Source: an uncultured delta proteobacterium
GTDB lineage: Bacteria > Desulfobacterota > Syntrophia > Syntrophales > UBA5619
Direction of reading: 5' to 3'
Length of the DNA stretch: 64,000 nt
Assembly: GCA_963817385.1 (NCBI GenBank)
Contig: CAWFOM010000006.1
Span: 1-64,000 of the forward strand
The notes beneath the pieces were generated by a model, which saw nothing but the letters and a program-made list of their open reading frames with translations, made no database searches and had not been told where the DNA came from. Positions 30,878 to 42,209 of the stretch are shown here, piece by piece. The position numbers and the translations under genes are program-made. Numbering within the stretch: the stretch's first letter is position 1; each line of letters begins with the position of its first letter.

Positions 30878-31562
30878 CTACCCTGCACTTGCCTCTTTCA
30901 CCTTGAAAACGAGGAAGTACTGGTGCGGCAGGAACGTGTGCTCCGCCGCCAGATGGAATCCGTTCGTCTCCATCTCCTTCACCAGATCGTCGCGGTCGAT
31001 CCGCATCTCCAGCGGCGGGCCCACCGGGGTCTCGGTCTTCTTGAAATCAATCATCACCACCTGCCCGCCCGGCTTGAGCATCTTCTTCAGCAGGGCGAGG
31101 TAGCGGGCGTGATTTTCAATGTGATGCCACGTATCGCAGATGAAGAACCGGTCGATGGAGGCATCGGCCAGTAGCGGGTCGTCCGGCGCGGCGAGGATCG
31201 TCACCACGTTCGTCAACTGGAGATCGCGGATGCGGCGGTTCAGATGCACGATCATGTCCGGGCTGACATCGACGGCGTAAACGCGCCCGGCGTCCCCCAC
31301 ATGGTGGGCCAGGCGGAAGGTGAAATACCCCGATCCGGCACCGATGTCCGCAATCACTTCGCCCTCTTTCAGCTTCAGCGCGGTGATGACCTCATGCGGT
31401 TTCTGGTAGGCGTCCCGCGCCGGATCGTCGAGCATGGCGATGTACGCCTTGGGGTCTTGATGCAGCCGGTGCATTTCGTGCATGTCTCGCTTGCTTGCTG
31501 TCCTGCGCAAGAACCAGCGCTGGCAACCAAAGCCAACCGAGTAGTACCAGTGAGCATTTCAT
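30878..31562 (-). CDS. Class I SAM-dependent methyltransferase; signal peptide separated by a frameshift
   Basis: RDAYQKP, IADIGAGSGYFT and VYAVDV motifs; upstream MKCSLVLLGWLWLPALVLAQ lies in another frame, with the junction at a CTTG tandem near 31490-31497. Confidence 0.8.
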
Positions 31563-31877
31563 ATTATTGATAAGGCGTTGCTTTTTCATGGAGGAAGTGT
31601 AGGAACAAGGATCTTGTATGTCAAGAAGATTTTGGCCACAATTGCAGTCTACGCGGATTAACAATCGAAAGCATGCATATCGAAGGCGATATCAATTTCA
31701 TTGAATACAGGAAGGCATGAAGACTAGCATCTCCTGAGAAAAGCACACTCACAAATATGTGCCTTTTCAACCCACATTCGCTGCTCTTGCCAGAATGGCA
31801 GCAGTCACGAGTTGTATTTGAAGTCCGGTGCGTCACCCGATCCTGTATTTGCCTTCGGAGTCAGGAGCGCGCGCCAT

Positions 31878-31908
31878 AAAAAAAGGGGACGCCGGGCGTC
31901 CCCTTTTT
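31878..31908. terminator. Bidirectional rho-independent terminator downstream of gdh
   Basis: AAAAAAAGGGGACGCC-G-GGCGTCCCCTTTTT. Confidence 0.85.
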
Positions 31909-31930
31909 CCTCCTATCCTGACTGCTTATC

Positions 31931-33178
31931 TTATACCCAGCCGCGGCACTTCATCGCCTCGACGACGCGCTCGACCGCCACCACATAGGCGGCCTGGCGC
32001 ATGTTGATGTTGTACTTCTTCGAGGTGTTGAGGACCGCGTGGTAGGCCGTGGTCATCTTTTTATCCAGGCGCTTGTACACATCATCCGCGTCCCAGTAGT
32101 ACATGTAGAAGTTCTGGACCATCTCGAAGTAGGAGACGGTCACCCCGCCTGCGTTGCAGAGAAAATCGGGGATCACGTGGACGCCGTTCTTGTGGAGGAT
32201 CTCATCGGCCTCCGGCGTCGTGGGTCCGTTGGCAAGCTCCGCGACGATCTTCGCCCGGATCCGGGGGGCGTTCTCTTCGGTGATCACATTCTCCAGGGCC
32301 GACGGGAAGAGGATATCCACGTCGAGTTCGAGGATTTCCTTGTCGCCGATAGCCTTGGCACCCTTGAAGTTGCATACCGAGGAGGTCTTCGCCTTGTGCT
32401 TGCCGACCGCCTCGGCATCGAGGCCGTCTTCACTGAGAATGCAACCCTTCGAATCGCCGACGGCGATGACCTTGGAGCCGAACATCGATTTGGCGAGGCA
32501 GGCCGCATAGTACCCGGCGTTGCCATACCCCTGGACGGCGATGGTGGCCTTGGCCAGATCGATCCCCAGTTCCTTCGCCGCCTCGCGGACCGTGTACAGG
32601 CCGCCTCTCGCCGTAGCGTCGCCGCGGCCGGCGGAGCCGCCGACGGCGAGGGGCTTCCCGGTGATGACGCCGAACTGGGCCTTTCCCGTCAGTTTCGAAT
32701 ATTCATCCATCATCCAGGCCATCATCTGGGGGTTGGTGTAGACGTCCGGCGCCGGGACATCCTTCTCGGGGCCGATGATCCGCCCGACCTGGCCGATGTA
32801 GGCCCGGCAGAGCCTCTCCAGTTCGCCCTGGGACATCTCCTTGGGATTGCAGATCACGCCGCCTTTCCCGCCGCCCAGGGGCAGGTCCAGAAGCGAGCAT
32901 TTCCAGGTCATCCAGGCGGCCAGCGCCCGGACGGTGTCGATGGTCTCGTCGGGATGGAAGCGAATGCCCCCCTTGCAGGGCCCCTTGGCGTCGTTGTACT
33001 GGACGCGGAATCCCTGAAATACCTTGACCGAGCCGTCATCCATGCGGACCGGGATCGAAACGTGGAGTTCGCGCGAGGGAACTCTCAGCGCGGCCTGCAT
33101 GCCGGGATCGAGATGAAGGATCTTAGCGCATTGATCGAGCTGCTTCTGTGCTGTTGCAAACGGATTAACCTTGGCCAT
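31931..33178 (-). CDS. gdhA: Glutamate dehydrogenase (Glu/Leu/Phe/Val family)
   Basis: [35 protein letters not shown] and [11 protein letters not shown] motifs. Confidence 0.93.
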   Translation of the reverse strand: MAKVNPFATAQKQLDQCAKILHLDPGMQAALRVPSRELHVSIPVRMDDGSVKVFQGFRVQYNDAKGPCKGGIRFHPDETIDTVRALAAWMTWKCSLLDLPLGGGKGGVICNPKEMSQGELERLCRAYIGQVGRIIGPEKDVPAPDVYTNPQMMAWMMDEYSKLTGKAQFGVITGKPLAVGGSAGRGDATARGGLYTVREAAKELGIDLAKATIAVQGYGNAGYYAACLAKSMFGSKVIAVGDSKGCILSEDGLDAEAVGKHKAKTSSVCNFKGAKAIGDKEILELDVDILFPSALENVITEENAPRIRAKIVAELANGPTTPEADEILHKNGVHVIPDFLCNAGGVTVSYFEMVQNFYMYYWDADDVYKRLDKKMTTAYHAVLNTSKKYNINMRQAAYVVAVERVVEAMKCRGWV

Positions 33179-33237
33179 GACATTTTCCTCCTCTTTCTGA
33201 AATAAGTTTGTTGTGAAATTGCCTTCCGATTGTCTGT

Positions 33238-34257
33238 TTATTTGTTCTTACAAAGCTCTCCGAAATTCTGCAATTCCTGATACTCCATGAGGGTGGACAT
33301 GGCGCGGTTCTCCACCTCGATGCCCGCCTCACGGGCGCAGGCAACGGGATTGAGTCCCCCGTAGAGGATCATCCCCACCCGGTTCGTGTCGACGGGGATC
33401 TGACAGATCGGCTCCCCGATCTCGCCGATGGAGAGCACCCCCCCGATCCCCGCTTTTGCGAGGCTCGCGATCAGCTCATCGACCAGTTTGAGCGCCGGGA
33501 CGGGAATCTCCCGGAAATTGGCCAGGATCTTCCCCTCTCCCTGCTCCGCCGCCTGCCGGACGGAGGTCATCCCTCCCCGGATGAAGACCTCCGAGGGATC
33601 GAGGGATGAGCCGGAATAGTTGATCACCTCGACGAAACGCAGCGGTTTGCCGTCCTTGACCTGCAGAATGCCGCCGAACCGGGAGTCCATCGGGACGCCG
33701 CTCTTCAGGAGGATGCCGTTCACCACGATGCTGCAGACGGTGGCGAAACCCGTATAGCCCGCCGGAACGGTCAGCTCGCCGATCCGTTCACCCTCGTCGG
33801 CGCAGGCGACCAGTTCGCTTACGTGGAGGCCCCTGCTGAAGGCGGGCTTCATCAGTTCCAGCGCCTTCCTGAAGATCTTCCGGGGGAAGAAGGAGACATT
33901 GACGGGGATGAGTCCCTGCATTCTGTCCAGATCGAGCGAGGTGCGGAAAGCGAGGATTTCGATGCGGGAGATGGCGAAGCCGATCTTGTCATGGACCCGC
34001 GCATTGGCGATCTCTTCGATCCCCTGCTCGGTGATGGTCCGGCCGTCATGCCTGCCGATAAGCCGGGTCAGCCCGCGGTCATCCATCAGCTTGAGGTGGT
34101 AGCGGACCGCCCGCTCGCTGAGCGTCACCCCGTGGTCCTGCATGCGCCGGGAAATGAGGCGGGCCCCCACCGGCTCCGGCGATTCATGGAGAATCCGGAG
34201 GATGAGGAGGATCTTTTTCTCGATATCTTCAATGTTGAAAATCTGATTCATCGGCAT
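33238..34257 (-). CDS. nrpR: NrpR-family (DUF128) nitrogen regulatory repressor
   Basis: N-terminal wHTH ([15 protein letters not shown]); ATVCSI..NG.LL..G.P, Y.GSSLDP.E.F and GGLNP motifs. Confidence 0.85.
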   Translation of the reverse strand: MPMNQIFNIEDIEKKILLILRILHESPEPVGARLISRRMQDHGVTLSERAVRYHLKLMDDRGLTRLIGRHDGRTITEQGIEEIANARVHDKIGFAISRIEILAFRTSLDLDRMQGLIPVNVSFFPRKIFRKALELMKPAFSRGLHVSELVACADEGERIGELTVPAGYTGFATVCSIVVNGILLKSGVPMDSRFGGILQVKDGKPLRFVEVINYSGSSLDPSEVFIRGGMTSVRQAAEQGEGKILANFREIPVPALKLVDELIASLAKAGIGGVLSIGEIGEPICQIPVDTNRVGMILYGGLNPVACAREAGIEVENRAMSTLMEYQELQNFGELCKNK

Positions 34258-34476
34258 CGGTAATCCTTTGCCGATGCCCTACCATGGAGGAGAGCGTCTG
34301 TCAATAAAAAAATCACATAAATAGTCACGATGGCGGCCGGAGGAAGCGTTAGCGGGAAGAAGGCGATGAGAGATCCCGAGCAGGGGAGAAGGAATAGGCG
34401 AGAGATGCCCGGCGAAACGGTTCCTTGGCCCGAAATGGATCGATACGGTTAGTTTCGGCGATGAAGACGGTGGGGA

Positions 34477-34512
34477 ATAAAAGGGCGGCGGTATGGGAAC
34501 GCCGCCGCCCTC
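34477..34512 (-). terminator. Terminator hairpin downstream of the DHDPS-family gene
   Basis: AGGGCGGCGGT...GCCGCCGCCCT stem with an adjacent A-run. Confidence 0.7.
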
Positions 34513-34535
34513 GGTTTTCTCGCGTTATGGGGTTC

Positions 34536-35435
34536 TTAACCCTTCAACTTCGGGAGAAATCCTGTCTGCGTCAGGATCTTCCGGAGCGCTTCCCGGTCCG
34601 CCTCGCCCAGGGGCAGCAGGGGCGGGCGGGGATCTCCGCCGTACAGTCCGATCATCTCCATGGCGGCCTTGAGCCCCGGGATGCCCCACCGGGCCGTGAC
34701 CGCATTGTTGCTGTCGATGAGCGTCATCTGCAGGTCCCGCGCCTCTTTGATCTTCCCTGCATCGAAGAGCTTCTGCAGGCGGGCGCATTCGTTCGGGAAG
34801 ACATTGGCCAGGGCCAGCGTTCCCCCCGTGCCGCCGAGGGCGAGAGTCGCGAAGAGGTAGCTTGCGGAACCCGCGAACACGGAGAAGCCCTTCGGTGCGT
34901 TCCGGATCATGTCGGCGATCTGGACGATGTTGCCGCCGCTGTCCTTGATCCCGATGATGTTCGGGTGCTTCGCCAGCTCGACGGCGAGCTTGGCGGAGAT
35001 GTTGATCCCGGCGTTGCGCGGCATGTTGTAGAGGATGACGGGAAGCGTCGACGCGTCGGCCACATCCCGGTAGAAGCGCGCCAGAACCGGATCGGTCATG
35101 TCCCCCTTGTAGTAGTTCGGGGTGACGACCAGGACCGCATCGGCCCCCGCCTCGGCGGCCTTCTTGTTCAGGCGGATCGTCTCCACCGTGGATTCGGCGC
35201 CGGTCCCCGCGATGACCGGTTTCTTCCCTTTCGCCTGTGCGCAGACAAACCGCATCAGCTCTTCCTTCTCCTTGGGTGAAAGCAGGACGAACTCCCCGTT
35301 GGAGCCCATGACCACGATGCCGGTCAGGTCGGATTTGAGCCAGAATTTCAGATTCTTCTCCAGTTTGTCGTAGGCGATCTTCCCACCCGCGAACGGCGTC
35401 GCGATGGGTGCATAAATTCCGCGAAGTTTAAACAT
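34536..35435 (-). CDS. Dihydrodipicolinate synthase / class I aldolase family protein
   Basis: GSNGEF, VIAGTG, ILYNMP and IIGIKDSGG (Schiff-base Lys) motifs. Confidence 0.9.
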   Translation of the reverse strand: MFKLRGIYAPIATPFAGGKIAYDKLEKNLKFWLKSDLTGIVVMGSNGEFVLLSPKEKEELMRFVCAQAKGKKPVIAGTGAESTVETIRLNKKAAEAGADAVLVVTPNYYKGDMTDPVLARFYRDVADASTLPVILYNMPRNAGINISAKLAVELAKHPNIIGIKDSGGNIVQIADMIRNAPKGFSVFAGSASYLFATLALGGTGGTLALANVFPNECARLQKLFDAGKIKEARDLQMTLIDSNNAVTARWGIPGLKAAMEMIGLYGGDPRPPLLPLGEADREALRKILTQTGFLPKLKG

Positions 35436-35537
35436 CGAAGATACCTCCTTTTCCTGATACCTTGTTTGGGTTGAACGGTTACGATATGCAATTTTCCCAT
35501 TTTCCGGGCGGGGACAACCCCCTCCCGTCCCGTAAAC

Positions 35538-36698
35538 CTATATCCGGGTGATGCAGAACAGCTCGTCATGCCCCAAGAGCTCCGCCCGCGCCGGTTCCCC
35601 GGATGCGACGCGGAGGACCTTCGCGAGCAGCTCCCCGCCCACCTCCGCGATGGTCGCGCCCTCCACGATCCGGCCGGCATTGAAATCGAGGTTGAATTTC
35701 ATCCGCTCGAAGGTGGCGCTGTTCCCCGTGATCTTGATGACCGGCACGCCCGGAAAGCCGGTGGGCGTCCCGCGGCCCGTCGTGAAGACGACCGCCTGGC
35801 AGCCGGAGGCGACCAGCCCCGTGACCGCCTCCCCGTCGTGGCCGACGCAGTCCAGCAGATAGAGGCCGGGGCCTGCCGGATATTCGCCGTAGCCCACGAC
35901 GCCGCTGATCGGACCGGTCCCGGCCTTGTATATCCCGCCGAGGGCCTTCTCGGCGACCGTCGTGACCCCGCCGTCCTCGTTTCCCGGCGAGATCAGGGCC
36001 GAGCGGTGCTGCAGCTCAGCGCTCGCCGTGGCGGCGGAGAGCCTCTTTTCCATGGCGCCGATTGTCGTGAGGATCTTTCCGGCCACCTGCGGAGTCTTGC
36101 CCCGGCCGGCGAGGATCTGTTCCGCCCCGATCAGTTCGGTGACCTCGGTGAAGATCGCCCGGCCGCCGGCGTCGACCACCCGGTCGGTGACCCATCCCAA
36201 CGCCGGGTTGGCGGCAAGCCCCGAGGTGGCGTCGGTCCCGCCGCACTTCAATCCCAACGAGAGTTCGGAGAGGGGAAACGCCTCCCGGGGCTGACGTGCG
36301 GCCTCCTCCGCCAGCCGGCCGGCGAAGCGGACCCCCTTTTCGATCGCCCGGAGGGTGTCGCCCTCCTCCTGGATCACCAGCATCTCGACCGGTTTCCCCG
36401 CGGCGGCGATGCTCTCCGCCAGCTCCCGGGCCCGGAGGCGCTCACAGCCCAAGCCCACGACGACCACCCCGGAAAAGTTGGGGTGCGCCCCCAGCCCTTT
36501 CAGACCGCGGGCGGTAAGTTCCAGATCCAGCCCGACCTGGCTGCAGCCGACCGGGTGACAAAAGGCGATCGCACCGGCGACGTGTTCGGCGATCCGGCGG
36601 GCGACGGTATTGGCGCAAAAGACCGAGGGAATGACGGCGACCGCGTTCCGGACGCCCGGCAATCCCCGAGATCTGCGATATCCCTGAAAGGTCATCAT
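35538..36698 (-). CDS. UxaA/GarD-family dehydratase, large subunit
   Basis: GYRR..G..GVRN, GLGCE, KCGGTD..SG...NP and FTTGRGTP motifs. Confidence 0.9.
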   Translation of the reverse strand: MMTFQGYRRSRGLPGVRNAVAVIPSVFCANTVARRIAEHVAGAIAFCHPVGCSQVGLDLELTARGLKGLGAHPNFSGVVVVGLGCERLRARELAESIAAAGKPVEMLVIQEEGDTLRAIEKGVRFAGRLAEEAARQPREAFPLSELSLGLKCGGTDATSGLAANPALGWVTDRVVDAGGRAIFTEVTELIGAEQILAGRGKTPQVAGKILTTIGAMEKRLSAATASAELQHRSALISPGNEDGGVTTVAEKALGGIYKAGTGPISGVVGYGEYPAGPGLYLLDCVGHDGEAVTGLVASGCQAVVFTTGRGTPTGFPGVPVIKITGNSATFERMKFNLDFNAGRIVEGATIAEVGGELLAKVLRVASGEPARAELLGHDELFCITRI

Positions 36699-36710
36699 AG
36701 ATTATTCCCG

Positions 36711-36998
36711 CTACCCCTGATTTTGATGGCCGCGCCGGCAGGTGACGTTGTGGAGGTGGACCCAGTCGCCGGCTTCGATCGCCGCTCCGGCCCTCCCGAT
36801 CTCTTCACCGTACTTGACGATCGGCTGATCGACGGTAAGACTCGCGAGGGCGATCTTGTGGCCCGAGGCGATGTCGCAGCGGGCGGTGAGCGAGCTCACG
36901 CCCGTCTCGGTGCGCACCTCCACCGTTTCCCCTTTCCTGACATCGGCCAAGAGCACCGCGCAGTTGTCGCGGTCGTTGATTTTTAGCGCCCGAACCAC
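36711..36998 (-). CDS. UxaA-family dehydratase SAF (small) subunit
   Basis: DNCAVLL, GHKIAL, IVKYGEEIG and G.WVH.HN motifs. Confidence 0.88.
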   Translation of the reverse strand: MVRALKINDRDNCAVLLADVRKGETVEVRTETGVSSLTARCDIASGHKIALASLTVDQPIVKYGEEIGRAGAAIEAGDWVHLHNVTCRRGHQNQG

Positions 36999-37005
36999 GG
37001 TTTAC

Positions 37006-38263
37006 TTACTCCTTTTCCCAGGGTATTAAAAGGCCCTTTTCATCGAATGCCCAGTCGACGTCGGAGAGCGGCTCGAGGGGAGCCTCTGTGCCGCACCGGG
37101 CGAGCGCCGCCGGTGAGAGGGCGATATACTCAAGTTCGTTTGTATTTCTGATCCAGGCGACCTTAAGCTGATCTTCCCGGACAAGCGGAATGGAATCGGC
37201 GCCCGTTTGGATCGTTTCCCGGTCGGTGCCGCCGATGATCGGGATCATCCCCCGCTGGAGATAGGTGGAGGTGAGGATGTTCGTGTAGGTTTTCTGCAGA
37301 TCGATATCCCGGAAGAGCCTCTGCGTGATCAGATCCGCAAGACCGACGCCCTGGGCGTTGCCGTGGGAGGAGGGATCGAGCCCCAGGACTGCAATCCGCT
37401 GAATCCGGGGGGCTTCCGGTTCCGGCTCGCCCCAGATGCGCCAGCGCCCGATCACGTGGGGATCCATGCCCGTGCCGCTGTGGCGCTTTCCCATCTCCTC
37501 GATAACGAGAAGATCGAGTTCCGAAAGGGGCAGTTTCGCCATCAGGCGCAAGGCCTCCGTGAGGAGCCTCGCGTCGGCTGCGGGGAAGTCCTCCGGCCGG
37601 ACCAGCTCCAGCCTCGCCACCTCGCCATAGGCGTTCTCGACGATGCCGACCCCGGCCAGGACCGGCGCCCGGCGGGCCAGCGTGGACGCCACCTCCCGGA
37701 TGATCTGTTCCCATGCGGGAAGGCCCATAGTGGTGGAGACGGCAGGCCTGTTCCACCTTGCCTAGTCCCACCGTGCACATCTTGCAGAGGCCGCTCTGGA
37801 TGGGTCCGGTGACCGCCGTGTGCGCCTTGATCCGATTGATGACGAGGATGTGATCGGCCCGCGCGGCGTTCCGGTCGCACAGAACGGGAAAGCCGTCCGC
37901 CAGCTCGCCGACCTGGTCTACCTCCATCCCGACCGTCACCGGGCAGCCGAGCTGTTCTTCCGTCATCCCCAGGGAGGTCAGGAGTTCCTTCTGCCCCTCG
38001 GCCGTGGCGCCTCCGTGGCTGCCCATCGCGTTGACTACGAAGGGCCGGGCGCCGAGCCCCGCGAGTACCGAGACAACGGCCCGGGTAAGCGGGACGATGG
38101 CGGCGATGCCGCGGCTTCCGCCGGTGATGGCGACCGTTTGCCCCGGCCGGATCTTCTCCGGGATCCAACTCGCATTCATGAGCGATGTCAGGGTTTCTGC
38201 GGGCGCCGTGACCGTCTCGCGGGGAAAGGTCTGCCGGCAGAGCGTCATCTTCGGTAATGACAT
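37006..38263 (-). CDS. LarA-like (lactate racemase superfamily) protein, frameshift near 37720
   Basis: VAITGGSRGI, AMGSHGGATAEGQ, NRIKAHT and SGLCKM..VGLGK motifs; C-terminal GK..SGTGMD and HGNA.G.G.AD in the second frame. Confidence 0.8.
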
Positions 38264-38562
38264 CCTCAGCCCTCCAGAACGGCGCCTTTATCTGCCTGCG
38301 CCGGAAAAACCGTTTTCTCCATTCTCTTTTCCCTATCTTCCTTTCCGGCTCTTTTGAATCCGGATGCCGGTATGCATTATCCGTCAAAATCAAGTCTTCG
38401 TATCCGAGCCCCGACCCGTTGTCAAGGTATTTTCATGAACGGGAAACGGGTCCGGGAGATATGTCGGGGGGCAGACAGATCGGTCTTTCGGGAAGGAAAA
38501 AGCGATCATGCAGGGATCTGCAAGATCCGGATCGCGATGCGACTGATGAGCAATTGAATATA

Positions 38563-40900
38563 TCAAAGCGCGATCGCCGTTCTCAGGCACACCGGCGCGA
38601 GACCGGAATGGTCTTCCAGAACTACGCCCTTTGGTCTGAGGGCGAGGAAGATCCCGAAACTGGAGATCGCCGAACGGATCGGTCGGATCATCAAAAGCGT
38701 CCAGTGCCGCGGGGTAAGCGAGCAAAAACGGGATGGTTTGTTCCTCTGAAGGATCGAAGATTCTCCGCAGCTTGCTGCGGAGATCTTCATGCCGTTTGAA
38801 ATGCGCAGGGATGACCCCAGCGTCACCATATCGAGGAGAACGTTGACGCTCTCGTTCACGAAGGGAGCATACTGGTCCCGCGCTTTCTTCTTAAGCTCGG
38901 CAGGCGTCTCCTTCTTCTTGCCGCCGCTTTCCTTCTCCATCTCCTTGCGTAAGTCGGCGAGCCGGATAACGCCCTTCTTGCCGGCGGCCTCTTTGTTGTT
39001 CTTGATGATCTCGGCGAACTTCGCGTCTTTGGCGACCCGGGCCTTGGACCTTGCTGCCAGCTCCGCGAGCATGGGCTGCTCCAGAGGTTTCCAGAGCGGC
39101 GCGGCGTTTCCCGGCACGCCGAGGAAGGGCGTGATCGCTTGGACCGGAAGCGGGTAATCCAGCTCCGTTTCACCAATATCTTCGAGAATGAACCAGATAG
39201 GCAGCCGCACATCCGCTTCTACGCCCATCTTCTGCGTAGACTTGCCGCCGGGCAGGAAGTACAGCCCCGTGGTGACTTTCATGCCGCCCAGATCCCAGGG
39301 CAGAGGCGTCAGTTCCTGCACGGACCCCTTGCCGAAGGTATGGTCCGACCCGACGATCACAGCGCGATGGTAGTCTTTGAGAGCGCCCGCCACGATCTCG
39401 CTGGCCGATGCGCTCAGGCGGCTCGTCAGCACAACGAGGGGGCCCGTGTAGAGCGCGCGGGGATCTTCCGCGGGGAACGTAATCACGTTGCGCTTGTCGC
39501 CTTCCGTCCCCGATGCGGCCGAACCATTGGCGAGAATAGTCACCTGCTCGCGGCTGTCTTTGGTCGCCACGATTCCGCCCTTGCCAAGAAAAAGGCCGGC
39601 AAGGCGCACCGCCTCCTTGAGCAGGCCCCCCCCGTTGCGCGACAGGTCCAGCACGATCCCATCGACATGCTGCCGCCTGGCCTCCGCGAGAAGGCTTTTC
39701 ACGTCTTCATAGCAGGACTTATTTTCCTTCTCGTCGCCGTAGAAGGAAGGAAGATCGATCACGCCGAAATGGTACTGTCTGCCGTTCACTGTCCGTGTCT
39801 CGTAGGCGATCTTGGCCTCCTGCTCCTTGATGTCGATCTTGTCGCGCGTAATAGTGACGTCGAAGCGGTCCGTGTGTTCCGCCTGCCGCAGGATTGTCAG
39901 GGTTACCTGCGTGCCTTTCTTGCCGCGGATCATCTTGATAATGTCGCGCAGGTCCATGTCGATGACGTCAACGGGCTTTTCCCCTTCCTGGGCCACGGCG
40001 ATGATCTTGTCCTTCGGCTTCAGCAGGCCCGAGCGCTCGGCGCCTCCCCCGGGAATCAACTCCTCAATGACGGTAAAGCCGTTGTCGCTGCTGAGGACGG
40101 CCCCGATCCCCTCCAGGGAAAGCTGCATCTGAATCCGGAGGTCCTCAAGGTTTTCGGGGGACAGGTAGCTCGTGTGCGGATCCAGGGCCAGGGCGAAGGC
40201 CTCGGCGATGCTCGTAATGAGCTTTTCGGGATTGCGCTCGACCACCCGCATCGTCTGCAGCTCGTAGCGGTGAATCTGCTGCTTCTTGGCCTCCGCCAAG
40301 TCGATGCCTGCCAGCAGGGCGTTTTCGATCTGGAATTGCACGACCTTTCTCAGGAGTTCATGCTTTTCCGCCGTCGTCTTCACATAGGGGCGCTTGTTCA
40401 CGTTGATGTTCAGCTCCACCGTCTCGTCGAGTCGGTAGTCCGGCCCCAGAATCTTTTTGACAATGGCCTCGTTCTCCCGCGCCCGCGCGACGAGCACATC
40501 GTAAACCTGCTGCAGCGCGGCACAGTCGCCCGATTGCATGCTTGCAAACACGCCTTGCAGAACCGGCTTTAGCCTTTCCAAATCGGACTCGTACAGCAGC
40601 GTTTTGGAGGGGTCAAGACTCTTGATCATCTGGTCGACGGCGTGAGTCTTGATCTCCCCGGTCATATTCTTCATCGCGTAGTGATTGGCTAGGAAGCTTT
40701 TCCATCAGCATGGGCAGGCGGCTGCAGGTAAGGTTTTCGGCCACTGAGGAAACGGGCAACAGCAGGATCAGCAGCAGAATCAGAAGCAGCCTCCGGAAAC
40801 AGAACCCGCCCTTGCTGCCGAAGGCCGCTCTGCGGCTACGTTGATTATCCCCGGGGGTGTTTCCGGAGATGTTTTCGACTCTTCTATCGCACATGCTCAT
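38563..40900 (-). CDS. prc: Carboxy-terminal processing (tail-specific, S41) protease; frameshift near 40700
   Basis: LDPHTSY, LEGIGAVL, PDZ domain, LDLSRNGGGLL, SASASEIVAGALKDY and TFGKGSVQ motifs; the signal-peptide segment is in another frame. Confidence 0.85.
38586..38704 (+). pseudogene. Remnant of a PotA/FbpC-type ABC ATPase gene
   Basis: HRRETGMVFQNYALW joins, in a shifted frame, FGLRARKIPKLEIAERIGRIIKSVQ. Confidence 0.6.
38756..38788. mobile_element. Short GC-rich palindrome resembling an IS200/IS605- or REP-type end
   Basis: GAAGAT-TCTCCGCAGC-TT-GCTGCGGAGA-TCTTC. Confidence 0.45.
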
Positions 40901-41563
40901 GCTCTCTGTTCTTCCCGCCGTACCAGGGCACGGCTGTCCATCCTTTTGCTCTGTATGAGAAATCATAGGGTTGTGACGATAGAAGGGCGGAGGGGTTCTG
41001 TCAAGGGAAATGAAAAATTGCAGGCGGTTGGAGTCAAGTTTTCAAATACAAAGTGAGAGGCGGCGTTCCACACAGCTTATTGAATATGGGGTTGAAAGAG
41101 GCAATGCCTTGCCAGACAATCGCGTACTCATAGGCGGAACACCCTCCTTCCTCCACAACCACCCGTTTCGCACTCGCTTACGAGATTACGATTGGTAATA
41201 ATCATCTGTTAGAGGTTATTTTATATTTGGAAAAGTGTCGAATTGTTTTACAATTTGTTAAATATGCATAATACGAAATGATTATATATGGATAAGTAAA
41301 ATATGATGACCATACAGCACGATGCTGCCATCCACTGTCGAATATCTTTACGATGCAAAAAAGGTCATATGCATTGCCGCAGATGTTTATACCTACCAAC
41401 ATCTTACGATTTAATCCTCATGGGCTTCTTTCTGGAAATGCATTAAGTTTAAAATGAATTCGGTCAAAGAGCTTTGAGGAAACTGGCGGATGCGCGTAGT
41501 AGATAGACCGCACATCCTCATGGTTTCGGTCACACGGAACAGGTAAGCATGGAGGTAAGCATC

Positions 41564-42004
41564 ATGGCAGAGAAAACTTTGTACGAACGCCTGGGTGGGG
41601 TCTTCGCGATTGCCGCTGTAGTGAACCATTTCAGCGATGAAATTGTGAAGAACCCGAAAGTCGGCAGGACATCACCAAACCCCGCACTCAGGGAATGGCA
41701 TACCAAGCAGGTGGACGGTAGATTGCCCGGCCTTAAGTTCATGCGTACCCTGTGGGTCTGCGCGGCGGCAGGCGGACCATTTGTATACCAGGGCACCAAG
41801 CCGGGACAGACCCCACTGGGGCTGGAAAAAGCCCACTTTGATCTTCACATCTCACCAGAGGAATTTGATGAGGTCGCGGCTGAGCTGGCGCGTACCCTTG
41901 ATTACTTCCATGTGCCTTCGCGAGAAAAGAGCGAAGTTCTGGGCGCCTTCGCCGCACATAAGAGCGAGGTTAATGCGGGATTCGGCGCCCCCGCGAAGCG
42001 CTGA
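41564..42004 (+). CDS. Group 1 truncated hemoglobin
   Basis: TLYERLGG..AIAAVV..F, AAGGP..Y.G and AH..L.I..EEF motifs. Confidence 0.88.
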   Translation: MAEKTLYERLGGVFAIAAVVNHFSDEIVKNPKVGRTSPNPALREWHTKQVDGRLPGLKFMRTLWVCAAAGGPFVYQGTKPGQTPLGLEKAHFDLHISPEEFDEVAAELARTLDYFHVPSREKSEVLGAFAAHKSEVNAGFGAPAKR

Positions 42005-42209
42005 ATAGTGAAATTTCGTTACTCCCGCTGCCCCGGTTTGTCTTTACGGAGTAGGCTCATCTTTCTCAAACGTGATGCGGCCGATGCCCACCGCGCCGCC
42101 CATCGTATCCGAATGGATTAACGGGAGATTTCGGAAAAATACGCCAGCGAGCAAATCACTGGGTACCGTGCAGCATGCACACGGGGAGAGTCGGTGAAGA
42201 GGAGGGAGT

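Noticed and set aside
41180..41410. Very AT-rich stretch with a 66-aa minus-strand ORF and a CTCTAAC resembling an attC start
   Set aside because: No matching GTTRRRY or stem; the peptide is unrecognisable and probably a decayed foreign fragment.
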